The position numbers and the translations under genes are program-made. Source: Candidatus Fraserbacteria bacterium (lineage in GTDB: Bacteria > Bipolaricaulota > Bipolaricaulia > RBG-16-55-9 > DRXL01). From it: a stretch of DNA of 64,000 nt. The stretch lies in assembly GCA_947085185.1 (NCBI GenBank), contig CAMTVK010000006.1, positions 52,721-116,720 of the forward strand, written 5' to 3'. Under the pieces are notes generated by a model. That model had not been told where the DNA came from. It did no database searches and was given only the letters and a program-made list of their open reading frames with translations. Below, piece after piece: positions 38,808-48,556 of the stretch (position 1 is the stretch's first letter; every line of letters begins with the position of its first letter).

Positions 38808-38883
38808 TGGTGGGCCCGGCAGGATTCGAACCTGCGACCAACCGGTTATGAGCCGGCCGCTCTGACCCCTGAGCTACGGGCCC
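38808..38883 (-). tRNA. tRNA-Ile2 (CAT, lysidine type); tRNA-Met less likely
   Basis: GGGCCCGTAGCTCAG..CTCATAAC..GGTTCGAATCC..GGGCCCACCA. Confidence 0.9.
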
Positions 38884-38929
38884 CGCTTTAACTATACTCA
38901 AGAGGGGCTGGGATCGTCAACTTGGGGGA

Positions 38930-38970
38930 GAAAAGAGAAGCGGCCCCGCAAGCCTCCGAGGCCGCTCCCA
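38930..38970 (-). terminator. Intrinsic terminator of the YVTN gene
   Basis: On minus strand AGCGGCCTCG..CGGGGCCGCT then TCTCTTTT. Confidence 0.6.
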
Positions 38971-38987
38971 AACTCTGAGCAGCTTGT

Positions 38988-40229
38988 TTATGGGCAGGTC
39001 TTCACCTGGTCAGGAACAGGATAGACGAGGAGCTCGCCGCGAGCGCTGATGTTCAACACCCAAGCGAACTTGGCATCAGCTGTCGTGAGAACTTGCACCT
39101 GCGTAGGAGTGATTGGGTCCCCCTCAACCATAGCCACAATAGGCACTGTCAAGACTTGATCCAGACTCTCGTGGATGAAGGTGAGACTCGCTCCCACTCC
39201 TTCAACGTTATCCACGTTGGTGTTGGTCACAGCGGTCCAGCACTGGCCATCGGTAGCGATCCCACGTGGCGCGTCACCAACGGGGATTTCAACAGGCTGG
39301 CCGTCTTTCAGGACAGGCCTCAAGGGATCCAGCAGCAGTGGGCTGACACTATCCCCCGAACTGTTCACGACATAGGCTTTATCCCCGAGCACGGTCATGG
39401 CGCGCGGGTACGCACCGGTGTCGACACAATCGCCCAGCTCGATCTTCTCTTCGCCCTTCTTCACTTTCTCACTGTCGGCGTTCACGTTCTTGATCTCGCA
39501 GGCCTTCCACGTGTCCGTGTTGACAATATATGCCTTATCGCCCTTGAGCATGATGTCAGCTGGGCTAGGATATGTGGGGTTCTCTTCGTTGGGGTCGAGC
39601 TTGATCGTCGCGATCACTTCGCCCTTGTCTGGCGCATCGTTCTTGTACAGGATATCTACAACGCTGACGGTGTGCTCCCGCTCGTTCACCGTGAAAGCCC
39701 GAGTACCCTCAGCATTGACAGCGACGGCTCGTGGGCCTGCCCCCACGGCGACTCTCTTCGCGGCTTTCGCCTCAGTGGGCTTGCCGTCTCTATCAAAAAC
39801 AACCTGGGAGATATAGAGCGTGTCGTCGTCATAGCCGGGTACGAAGAGCACTCTCTTCGCTTTGTTGTACTCCAAATCTTGTGGGTTGATATTCCCGCGG
39901 ATCTGGACTAGACAGATCTCGCCGGCGATGGGGCAGCCGCGAACCTTCTTGCCATAAAACTTTGTGGTATCCGCCGTGCTGGCAGCTACAAGAAAAACCG
40001 AACTTTCACGCCCGACGCTGACGGAGACAAAGACAAATTTCCCGTCTGGCGTGAAGACGAAACCATTGACCTTTGACCCGCCAAGATCGAGCTTGGCGGA
40101 GGGGGCTAGTTTTTCTTGCTCCTGCGCGCGTATCTCCGTGAGCGCACTAGGAAGGTTGGAGAACGACACGACACCGAGCAATACAGCAAGGCCCACTACT
40201 ACTGCCAAAACTTTGCATCTAGGAAACAT
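38988..40229 (-). CDS. Secreted YVTN/YncE-type beta-propeller protein
   Basis: Signal peptide; VAVGAGPRAVAV..RAFTVN..TVSVVD, TGAYPR..AYVVNS, VGDAPRGIA; SD AAGGAGG. Confidence 0.8.
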   Translation of the reverse strand: MFPRCKVLAVVVGLAVLLGVVSFSNLPSALTEIRAQEQEKLAPSAKLDLGGSKVNGFVFTPDGKFVFVSVSVGRESSVFLVAASTADTTKFYGKKVRGCPIAGEICLVQIRGNINPQDLEYNKAKRVLFVPGYDDDTLYISQVVFDRDGKPTEAKAAKRVAVGAGPRAVAVNAEGTRAFTVNEREHTVSVVDILYKNDAPDKGEVIATIKLDPNEENPTYPSPADIMLKGDKAYIVNTDTWKACEIKNVNADSEKVKKGEEKIELGDCVDTGAYPRAMTVLGDKAYVVNSSGDSVSPLLLDPLRPVLKDGQPVEIPVGDAPRGIATDGQCWTAVTNTNVDNVEGVGASLTFIHESLDQVLTVPIVAMVEGDPITPTQVQVLTTADAKFAWVLNISARGELLVYPVPDQVKTCP

Positions 40230-40437
40230 CGTCGCGCAACCTCCTTTTTGTATACAAAAGCTCTCCATGGGCTCTGTTGCCATCCCGCTCTCTGACTGTG
40301 CAATTATTGATTCGCTACCACCTCCTTACTGTAAGGAAGGGTGCTATCTCTTGTAAGAGATTAGCACGAAAGGGGAACGGTTGTCAAGCAGAGCCCCTAC
40401 GGCACTAGGAGCAAGCGTTGGCAATCTTTGCCCCAAG

Positions 40438-41697
40438 ATGATACAATTTTTAGTGATGTGCAAGGACAACGGCACCCGACAGATATGGCTAGGGTTTTGG
40501 TGTATCTTGCTCCTGGGCTGGAGTGCTTCAGGTGATCCCACCGTGGCGTTCCAACTGAGCCAGCTCATCCAAACAGGCTCCACCACAACAGCCGTTGCCT
40601 TAGAAGATCTCAACCGCGATAGTATTCTCGATCTCATAACCTCAACCATCGTGGTCGCCGACGAAGAGAAGGGCCTCAAGAGGCTGCACATAGCCGTCGC
40701 CTCAGGAAGCCTCGCAGGAAGATTTCTTGCGCCTCAGCTCATCGAGTTTAACTTTGTCAAGATAGACGATCCCCTCAAGATAACCCGCGGTAAAGTGCTG
40801 GCCCTGGGCGACATCAACACTGATGGTTTTCTGGATGCGGTGCTCGCCTATCCCAGCGGGGGAAGTTTTTGGGTCTTCTGGGGGAACGGATCGCTCTTGC
40901 GACCCGCTTCAAGTCGTGATTTGCCGCGCAGCTTGCGCGACGTCAGCTCTGTGGCTCTCTCCGATTTCACCGGCGATGGCCGTCTGGATATCGTCTGCAC
41001 CAATCTCCAAGGAAGCGTCTACACTTTTATCAATACCGGGACAGACCAGATAGATCGTTGGACTACTCAAGAGACGTTTGTGGGCGGAAACTTGCAGTCT
41101 ATAGCTGTAGGCGACCTCAATCGTGATGGCAAGAGCGATCTCGTCGTGAGCAGCATCGGTCGGGCAGCGATTCTTCTAGGAGATGGCACAGGGAATTTTA
41201 CTGTCGCCCATCGCCTGTCAGCAGGGCTGTATTCGGGAGATTCGCCTGCGTGGATCGAGCTCGCCGACATCACCAATGACGGTCTCAGTGATTTGGTGAC
41301 AGCGAACCCTGAAAGCGACCGAGTGCTTATCTTCCCAGGGGATGGCACAGGGAAGTTCGATGAGCCGCGGGCTTGGCCTACAGGTGGCCTTGACCCACGA
41401 GCTCTCGCTATCGCGGACTTCAACCAAGACGGATGGCTCGATCTTGCCGCAGCCAATTCGTCAAGCAACGCCGTTACGGTGCATCTGAACGACGGCTTTG
41501 GCGGCTTCGGCTCGATCGTTTTGGTTGACCCCCCGCGGGGGAAACCTGTGCAGCCAAACAGGGCGATCACCGTTCCTGTAGGCTCGCTCCCCGTTTCACT
41601 GGCCGCTGGAGATCTCGACGGCAATGGCAATCCCGATTTGGTCGTGGCCAATCAGGGGGATGATTCGGTCTCGGTCTTGCTCAATAGAAGCCAATAA
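40438..41697 (+). CDS. FG-GAP/VCBS repeat secreted protein
   Basis: About seven DxN/TxDGxxD repeats (DLNRDS, DINTDG, DFTGDG, DLNRDG, DITNDG, DFNQDG, DLDGNG); start uncertain. Confidence 0.88.
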   Translation: MIQFLVMCKDNGTRQIWLGFWCILLLGWSASGDPTVAFQLSQLIQTGSTTTAVALEDLNRDSILDLITSTIVVADEEKGLKRLHIAVASGSLAGRFLAPQLIEFNFVKIDDPLKITRGKVLALGDINTDGFLDAVLAYPSGGSFWVFWGNGSLLRPASSRDLPRSLRDVSSVALSDFTGDGRLDIVCTNLQGSVYTFINTGTDQIDRWTTQETFVGGNLQSIAVGDLNRDGKSDLVVSSIGRAAILLGDGTGNFTVAHRLSAGLYSGDSPAWIELADITNDGLSDLVTANPESDRVLIFPGDGTGKFDEPRAWPTGGLDPRALAIADFNQDGWLDLAAANSSSNAVTVHLNDGFGGFGSIVLVDPPRGKPVQPNRAITVPVGSLPVSLAAGDLDGNGNPDLVVANQGDDSVSVLLNRSQ

Positions 41698-41790
41698 AGT
41701 CCAGTCAAGAGGGGAAAACCCCGATAAGATCAAGGTTTTTTCGTGAAACGCTCAGAGAACTGTCAGAGTTCTGTCGTCAGGGTGTAGAGT

Positions 41791-42252
41791 ATGGAAGTAC
41801 GGATCGAGTTGGCGCGCTTAGCATACGCCGAAAATATCTTGCGGTGCACCAATGAGCCCCCAGAGATGGTCGAAGATTTGCTCTCTCTGGACGGCGAATT
41901 AGACAAGGCGCGCCGGTGGTTTGCCTTTGCGGAGGCCAAGCGACGGTTTGACTCCAATGTCGTCCGAGGACTCTTGGTCTATCTGTTCAGTCACTATGCG
42001 AGCGCGGAGTTCGACCCGCGCAAGCGCGAGCAGCTCGTGCGCGAGATCACCGAGGGGCGTGTGCGTATGCGCGATCTGACGATTGAGCGCTTGGCCGGCA
42101 CTCGACTCAGTTGGGAGCACATCTTTCGTTTGGTAGGCCGTCAGTTCAATCCCACCCGCGAGAAAGAGAAGATCAAGGAGCTGTATGCACAGCTCTACGT
42201 TTCGGCTTCGGCGCCTGCCATCCCCCGCACGGAGGTGCACTATGGATACTAA
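41791..42252 (+). CDS. Hypothetical helical protein; candidate divergent sigma/regulator
   Basis: Overlaps the downstream ZAS gene; C-terminal LSWEHIFRLVG loosely resembles a sigma4 HTH. Confidence 0.6.
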   Translation: MEVRIELARLAYAENILRCTNEPPEMVEDLLSLDGELDKARRWFAFAEAKRRFDSNVVRGLLVYLFSHYASAEFDPRKREQLVREITEGRVRMRDLTIERLAGTRLSWEHIFRLVGRQFNPTREKEKIKELYAQLYVSASAPAIPRTEVHYGY

Positions 42253-42811
42253 GTATTCCCCCCACCAGCTCCCTGAAGACGAGCTGCACCAAGAGAAGCT
42301 TTCCGAGTTCGCTGAGCTGTTGGCAGACTTAAGACAGCTTGAGTACCACGACCATCCCAGTGAAGATATCTTGCGGGCTTATGTAGCGAACAGATTATTA
42401 GACGATCCCCAGGCCGGGCGTGTTGGGGCGACCTTCCGTGATGAGCAAGCGTTCGAGAAGTTCTTGCGCGGGCGCATCCCCCACTGGACGCGCTCCGACG
42501 TGGCGATGCACGTCCTGACGTGCTCAGTCTGTCAGCAATACGTTATGCGTCTGCGGGCGAGCCGCTGGCAGCTGCTCAGCTTGGCCCGCCAGCGCCCCAA
42601 AGAAGAGCGAAATTGGCTGCGTCGTTTCGCGCTTGGAGCTTTAGCCAGTGCAGCTACAGCTGCGATCATCGCTGCTCTGTGGCTCTGGCCTGCCAGTCCA
42701 CCAACCCCAGCGTGTTGGATCGAAGAGCAATGCTGGCAGCAGGTGGTTCAAGGCAGCCCTCCGACAGGCGGTATCATGGTGGTGTATCGTACATCACGAG
42801 GGAGATTCTAA
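42242..42811 (+). CDS. Membrane-anchored zf-HC2/ZAS anti-sigma-like protein
   Basis: SD GGAGGTG; HPSEDILRAYV...HVLTCSVC (H..Hx3Cx2C), then RR + Ala-rich TM. Confidence 0.7.
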   Translation: MDTKYSPHQLPEDELHQEKLSEFAELLADLRQLEYHDHPSEDILRAYVANRLLDDPQAGRVGATFRDEQAFEKFLRGRIPHWTRSDVAMHVLTCSVCQQYVMRLRASRWQLLSLARQRPKEERNWLRRFALGALASAATAAIIAALWLWPASPPTPACWIEEQCWQQVVQGSPPTGGIMVVYRTSRGRF

Positions 42812-42899
42812 AGGAGGTGATGTCTCTTCATAAGGGATAGCAAGTCAGTCTCTTAGAAAGCCAAGGCACACTTAACCTAGAAGAAAAGGAGGTTGTAAA

Positions 42900-44897
42900 A
42901 TGTTCAAAGGTGTGAAGTTTCTGGCGGTAGCGATCTTACTTGCGCTCTTTGTCGGAGTGGCCTTCTCCAGCCAGTCCAATTCTGTGGTTCAAGCTCAGGC
43001 TCAGAAGATCTACAAGCTCGCGATCTTCGAGGACTTGACGAGCTTGAACAGCTTAGCCGTGTTGGGACCTAAGGCCACGGTGTGGAATTTTTATGTCCGA
43101 CTCAACGGGTGGGGGCCGAGCTTGTTCGGGCTCTCTGATAAGTTCGACGATTATATCCCAGGGATCGCCGACGCCAGCACCGAAGAAGAAGCGAACAAGA
43201 TGAAGACCATAGGCCCGGACAAGACGGCAACGATTAAGATCAAGAAGGGCATCAAGTGGTTCGACCCCAAGACCGGCAAAGAAGTAGGGGAGCTGACTGC
43301 CGAAGACGTCGCGTTCAGCTTCAACGCGATCATGGGGAAGAACGTCAAGGGCGAGCCCGCTTATAAGGGCATTGCCCCAGTGAAACTGGGCGGCAACTGG
43401 CCAGGCATTATTAACCCAGACTTCTTCGATCGCGCTGAGGTCGTGGACAGATATACAGTGAAGTTCTATCTGAAGGCCCAATGCAGCTATGACGGCTGGG
43501 ACGAGGGCCTGCTCTTTGCGCCCATCTTCAGCAAAGCGTACTGGGAGCCGAAGTTCGAAGCAGCAGCCAAGGCCGCTGACCCCGTCAAGGCCCTCTACGA
43601 GCACAAGGGCGACGACGAGCCTGTCATGGGCGGTTGGCTCTTCCAGAAGTGGGAGCCGGGGGCCTTCGCTGAATCTACGGCCAACAAGAATCACTACTTT
43701 GCTGGAGCCAAGTCCGTCCGACCATACTCCGGCGGCTACACTGAAGAAAAGCCCGGCGTCTATAAGTACACCCATACGACGAAGACCGCCTTCCCCTATG
43801 ACGGCGACCAAGGTTCAGCCATCCTCGATAAAGATAAACCCACGGTGAGATTGGAGCTGACCACTGGCCCGTTCGTAGATGCGACGCAGTGGCGCATCTA
43901 CGGCGATCAAGCCACAGCGGTCGCGGCGCTCATCAAGGGCGATGTGCACTTCATGCTCAACCCCTTAGGGGTGCAAGCGGGCTTCCGCAAGCAGCTCAAA
44001 GAAACCAAGGGCGTGGGCATCGCGGAGAACGCCGGCAACGGCTTGTTCTATATGTCCTTCAACCTGCGCCGCGAGCCCTTCAACGTCAAGGAGTTCCGCC
44101 AGGCAGCCTCTATTATGATCGACCGCGAGTTCGTCACGCAGCAGCTCCTGGCGGGCTTGGCCATCCCGACGTACTCTATTGTGCCGCTGGCCAACACCGG
44201 TTGGTATAACTCCAACATCAAGACCTACGGCAAGGGCCTGAAAGAAGCCGAGAAGGCTGATTTAGCCATCAAGCTCCTCAAGCAAGCCGGCTTCAGCTGG
44301 GATGTCGAGCCCAAAGTGGACATCCCCAATAATAGAGTCACGCCGGGACGCGGGCTGAAGTACAAGGGCAAGGCTGTGGCCCCCTTTGAGCTGCTCGCGC
44401 CGCACCAGGGCTATGACCCCCTGCGCGCGACCTTCGCTCTGCACATCGAGGAGCGCCTCAACAAGATCGGCATCCCTATCAAAGTGAACTTGACGGGGTT
44501 TAATACGATTGTCACCCGCGTCTTCGATGAGCAGAAGTTCGACGCGTGGATCTTGGGGTGGGGTCTGGGCGGCAAGTTCCCCAGCTACTTGGTGAGCTTC
44601 TTCCACAGCGAGAACTCTGGGCTGGGCGGCCACAACCCGCAAGGGTACAACAACCCCGAGTTCGACAAGATCGCCGATGAGTTCCGCGCAGCCTGCGAGC
44701 AAGCCAAGCTCAGAGAGCTGGCGTTCAAGATGCAGGAGATGCTCGCGGAAGAGCTGCCCTATGTGCCGCTCTTCAACGCCCCGCTCTTTGAGGCCTTCCG
44801 CGCCGATGCCTTCGTAGGCGATCGCATGCCCTACGAAAAAGTCTTCGATGGCATCCAAGGCACCAACGGCCTCATGAGCTACGTCCAGCTCAAGTAA
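42900..44897 (+). CDS. Peptide ABC substrate-binding protein (family 5)
   Basis: Signal peptide; TAEDVAFS, FNLRREPF..FRQA..IDR, YNNPEFD, AEELPYVPL. Confidence 0.9.
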   Translation: MFKGVKFLAVAILLALFVGVAFSSQSNSVVQAQAQKIYKLAIFEDLTSLNSLAVLGPKATVWNFYVRLNGWGPSLFGLSDKFDDYIPGIADASTEEEANKMKTIGPDKTATIKIKKGIKWFDPKTGKEVGELTAEDVAFSFNAIMGKNVKGEPAYKGIAPVKLGGNWPGIINPDFFDRAEVVDRYTVKFYLKAQCSYDGWDEGLLFAPIFSKAYWEPKFEAAAKAADPVKALYEHKGDDEPVMGGWLFQKWEPGAFAESTANKNHYFAGAKSVRPYSGGYTEEKPGVYKYTHTTKTAFPYDGDQGSAILDKDKPTVRLELTTGPFVDATQWRIYGDQATAVAALIKGDVHFMLNPLGVQAGFRKQLKETKGVGIAENAGNGLFYMSFNLRREPFNVKEFRQAASIMIDREFVTQQLLAGLAIPTYSIVPLANTGWYNSNIKTYGKGLKEAEKADLAIKLLKQAGFSWDVEPKVDIPNNRVTPGRGLKYKGKAVAPFELLAPHQGYDPLRATFALHIEERLNKIGIPIKVNLTGFNTIVTRVFDEQKFDAWILGWGLGGKFPSYLVSFFHSENSGLGGHNPQGYNNPEFDKIADEFRAACEQAKLRELAFKMQEMLAEELPYVPLFNAPLFEAFRADAFVGDRMPYEKVFDGIQGTNGLMSYVQLK

Positions 44898-44903
44898 ATA
44901 GAG

Positions 44904-44946
44904 TCCCTCTGGGGGTGAGGGCCTCATGCCCTCATCCCCGGGGATT
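44904..44946 (+). terminator. Strong hairpin between SBP and permease (stabiliser/attenuator)
   Basis: GGGGTGAGGGC..GCCCTCATCCCC. Confidence 0.6.
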
Positions 44947-44986
44947 TAGCTACGTGCTGCGCTCGTCTTAAGGAGTAGCGACTGCT

Positions 44987-46333
44987 ATGAACCATATCTG
45001 GCAGGCCCTGACCAGCGGCATGAGCAAGTTCATCATCAGGCGCCTCCTGCAGATTCTGTTGGTGCTCTATCTGTACATGACGCTCGTCTTTATCATCTTG
45101 GAGGCTCAGCCGGGGGACATCACAGATATCTACGTAGGGAACCCCAGGATCACCCCGGAGGCGCGCGAGGCCATCGTCAAGCAGCTTGGCTTAGATAGAC
45201 CAATCTACGAACGATACTTTGCATATCTGAAGAACTTCGTGACGGGGCACCTGGGGTGTTCATTCAAGTGGGGGAACATCAGCGCTACCCCAGACCCAGT
45301 CTGTCGCGAGCAGCGCCCCACATGGGATCTCATCAAGGAGCGCCTGCCTCGGACCATCGTGCTTTTCTTAACGTATACGATCGTCTCGTTTTATATTGGG
45401 TTCTTTCTCGGGAAAGTGATCGCATGGCGCCGCGGCGCCATTATCGAATATTTCTCGACCGTGGTGGGCGTCGTGCTCTTTACGGTCTTCACACCGTGGT
45501 TTGCTCTGCTTTTGGTCTGGCTCTTCGCGGTGAATCTCGGCGTCGTTCCCATCGGGGGATTCATCAATCCCGATAGCTGGACCAATATTCGTCAGATCGG
45601 GTCCACAGACTGCAGCATCGGGATCAGTTGCTCGAATATCGTCTTCAATCATATGTTGTTATGGATGGGCGGGTTGACGCTCTTTTGGGGTGTGGTCTTT
45701 CTATGGAGCCGACGTTTCCCCTATGCGTGGCAGAAGAACGCCGTGCGCTGGGGGGCCGTCGCGCTCGGTTTAGTTGTAGCTGGGCTCTTCTTTGGGGGGG
45801 GCTGGCTCGGCGAGATAGATCGCGTGGTGTTAGCGCGCGACACAAAGTTTCAGTTCTTCATCTGGCACTTTGAATTCCCCGCGGGGACGATCCCGCTCTT
45901 CCCTTTGGTGCTCGACTTCGTGCAACACATGGCCTTGCCCATCTTGACGCTCACGCTCATATCTTTTGCGGGAACGATGCTCTTAATGAGAAATACGATG
46001 CTGGAGACGATGCGCGAAGACTACGTGATGGCCGCCAAAGCCAAGGGCCTGCCCGATAACGTCGTACGGGACAAGCACGCCGCGCGCAATGCGCTGCTCC
46101 CTGTCGTGACAAGCTTGATCTTCGCTATCGCGTTCTCGGTAGACGGGGGCGTCTTCACCGAGACGATCTTCTCCTGGCCGGGCATGGGCCAGCTCTTATT
46201 GATCAGCGCTCTGGAGCAAGATTACCCCGTAGCCATCGGGTCGCTCGTCTTCACCGGGATCTTCGCGTTGGTCGCGCACCTCATCGCTGATATCCTCTAT
46301 GCGTTCTTGGATCCACGCATCCGGTATGACTAG
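44987..46333 (+). CDS. Peptide ABC permease (OppB)
   Basis: LGLDRP, RLPRT, AAKAKGL..KHAARNA, ETIFSWPGMG. Confidence 0.92.
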   Translation: MNHIWQALTSGMSKFIIRRLLQILLVLYLYMTLVFIILEAQPGDITDIYVGNPRITPEAREAIVKQLGLDRPIYERYFAYLKNFVTGHLGCSFKWGNISATPDPVCREQRPTWDLIKERLPRTIVLFLTYTIVSFYIGFFLGKVIAWRRGAIIEYFSTVVGVVLFTVFTPWFALLLVWLFAVNLGVVPIGGFINPDSWTNIRQIGSTDCSIGISCSNIVFNHMLLWMGGLTLFWGVVFLWSRRFPYAWQKNAVRWGAVALGLVVAGLFFGGGWLGEIDRVVLARDTKFQFFIWHFEFPAGTIPLFPLVLDFVQHMALPILTLTLISFAGTMLLMRNTMLETMREDYVMAAKAKGLPDNVVRDKHAARNALLPVVTSLIFAIAFSVDGGVFTETIFSWPGMGQLLLISALEQDYPVAIGSLVFTGIFALVAHLIADILYAFLDPRIRYD

Positions 46334-46353
46334 AGAGCACAAAGGGAGACTCT

Positions 46354-47382
46354 ATGCAAGCTGCTCCAACATTTAAGCCAACAGAATCTATCTGGCGTGT
46401 GCGCCTCCAACTGCTCTGGAGAGGGTTCAAGGGCAGTTGGGCCATGTTCACCGAGAGCAAGATCGGGCTGACCGGCCTGGGAATTATTATATTCTTTGCG
46501 CTCTTTGGGGCACTATGGCCAGTGTATCCCTGGCTGATGGAGCATCTCGCCTGGACGCCAGAAGAGCTCGAAGCGGCGCGCAACGCCCCCTACGGCGCCA
46601 TCAGTAGCATCTATCAAGTCTATGATCCCGTGGTCGGCTATGACCCGCTCATCCCGGGGATAGAGAATCCCACCCCACCCTCGCGGCGCCACCCTCTGGG
46701 GACGAACCAGTACGGCCGCGACATCCTAGCCCAACTGATGGCCAGCACGGGGTCAGAATTTATGCTCGGTGTGCTAGCCGCGCTCATCACCGTCGTCATT
46801 GGCACGCTCATCGGTGCGATCACTGCGTATTATGGCGGCTTCGTCGATACGTTCTTCATGAGATTAGCCGATGTCTTCATTCTCTTTCCCCTGGTCTCGT
46901 TCTTGATTGTGCTCGGCTCGATGATCGAGCTGACGCTCTTGAAGCTCGCTTTTGTCTTGGGGATTCTCTACGGCTTTGGGCAGATTACGGTCATCTTAAA
47001 ATCCCAAGCCCTGGCCGTGAAAGTCAAGCCGTACATCGAAGCTGCCAAGGTTGCCGGAGGCGGGCACTTTCACGTGATCTTCCGCCATATCATCCCCAAC
47101 TTGCTGCCCCTGTCGTTTCTCTATATGATGTTCAATGTAACTGGGGCGATCTTCTCCGAGGCGGCCCTGTCGTTCTTCGGATTGTTGCCGGGGATTAAGA
47201 TCAGTTGGGGCATTATGATCGACTCTGCCCACAGCGGTGGCTACATTCTTGGAGGACGGTCCTTTCAAAATTGGTGGCTGTGGATGCCGCCAGGAATCGC
47301 GATTACGCTGCTTTGTTCGGCGTTCTATCTCGTAGGCCGCGGGCTGGATGAAGTGGTCAACCCGCGCCTGCGCAAGAGGTGA
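46354..47382 (+). CDS. Peptide ABC permease (OppC)
   Basis: HPLGT..GRDI, YIEAAK..G..RHIIPN, NPRLR. Confidence 0.92.
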   Translation: MQAAPTFKPTESIWRVRLQLLWRGFKGSWAMFTESKIGLTGLGIIIFFALFGALWPVYPWLMEHLAWTPEELEAARNAPYGAISSIYQVYDPVVGYDPLIPGIENPTPPSRRHPLGTNQYGRDILAQLMASTGSEFMLGVLAALITVVIGTLIGAITAYYGGFVDTFFMRLADVFILFPLVSFLIVLGSMIELTLLKLAFVLGILYGFGQITVILKSQALAVKVKPYIEAAKVAGGGHFHVIFRHIIPNLLPLSFLYMMFNVTGAIFSEAALSFFGLLPGIKISWGIMIDSAHSGGYILGGRSFQNWWLWMPPGIAITLLCSAFYLVGRGLDEVVNPRLRKR

Positions 47383-47386
47383 GAGC

Positions 47387-48553
47387 GTGGCAACCGTGAC
47401 GACCTATCCCGTGCTGCAGGTCGAACACTTAACGATGCACTATACTACGCGTAAGGGCACAGTCAAAGCTGTCGAGAACGTCAGCTTTGCTCTCGACAAG
47501 GGGGAAGCCCTGGGGTTAGTAGGGGAGTCTGGCTGCGGCAAGACGTCGGTCGCTTTGACGCTCTTGCGCCTGCTCCCAGAGAACGCCCGATTCTTGGGGG
47601 GCCATGCCTATTTCTTTCGTGATGGCACAGACGAAGCGCATGCGCGACGTTCTGTAGGGAAGCTGGTGAAAGTCTTCTCAGATGGGCAAGAGCACCAAGG
47701 GCGCCTGCTCGAGCTCGACAAATCAGCACTTGTGCTCGATGTGCACACGAACGGACGAACCCAGCATCTGCGCCTAGGAAGAGATCAGATCGCGCGTCTT
47801 GGCGTTGATCTCACGGCGCTCAGCGACGAGGAGATGCGCCCCATCCGCTGGAGGGGCATTTCCATGATCTTCCAGGCCGCGATGAACTCCCTCAACCCCG
47901 TGTATAAAGTCGGGGATCAGATCATCGAAGCGATGCAGACCCATATGCCCATCTCTATCCCTGAGGCGCGGGAGCGGGTGGCGCAGCTCTTTCAGCTGGT
48001 CGGGCTCGACCGCCAACTCATGGACCGCTACCCTCACGAATACTCTGGGGGCATGAAGCAGCGCGCTGTGATTGCCATGGCGCTCGCGTGCGATCCCGAT
48101 ATTATCATCGCGGACGAGCCGACGACGGCTCTCGACGTGATCGTCCAAGATAAGATCTTGCGCGAGATGCGCCAGATTCAGAAAAAACTCAATATGAGCA
48201 TGATCTATATTTCACACGACATCGCGGTCATCGCTGAGGTCGCCGATAAAGTCGGGGTGATGTACGCGGGGGGCTTAGTCGAGTTTGGGCCTGCAGAAGC
48301 GATCTTTAAGAGCCCGGTCCATCCCTATACGAAAGCGTTGATGTCGGCCTTCCCCTCTATCAAAGGGGAGAAGGTGAAGCTTGCAGCACTGCCCGGAGAG
48401 CCTCCGGACTTGATTAAGCCCCCGTCCGGCTGCCGCTTCCACCCACGGTGCCCCTATGCGACAGAGATCTGCGAGCGTGAAGTCCCGCAGTTCGTCGAAC
48501 ACAAACCCAAACAATACGCAGCTTGCTGGAATCCCTTAAGTTCATTAAGATAG
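47387..48553 (+). CDS. Peptide ABC ATPase (OppD) with ~60 aa inserted domain
   Basis: [38 protein letters not shown]; insertion before the Q-loop. Confidence 0.92.
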   Translation: MATVTTYPVLQVEHLTMHYTTRKGTVKAVENVSFALDKGEALGLVGESGCGKTSVALTLLRLLPENARFLGGHAYFFRDGTDEAHARRSVGKLVKVFSDGQEHQGRLLELDKSALVLDVHTNGRTQHLRLGRDQIARLGVDLTALSDEEMRPIRWRGISMIFQAAMNSLNPVYKVGDQIIEAMQTHMPISIPEARERVAQLFQLVGLDRQLMDRYPHEYSGGMKQRAVIAMALACDPDIIIADEPTTALDVIVQDKILREMRQIQKKLNMSMIYISHDIAVIAEVADKVGVMYAGGLVEFGPAEAIFKSPVHPYTKALMSAFPSIKGEKVKLAALPGEPPDLIKPPSGCRFHPRCPYATEICEREVPQFVEHKPKQYAACWNPLSSLR

Positions 48554-48556
48554 CAG

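Noticed and set aside
38767..38901. N-terminal extension of RNase HI
   Set aside because: Overlaps the tRNA; the likely start is 38766.
47621..47800. Intein in OppD
   Set aside because: Too short and lacks C/S start and HN-C/S/T end.
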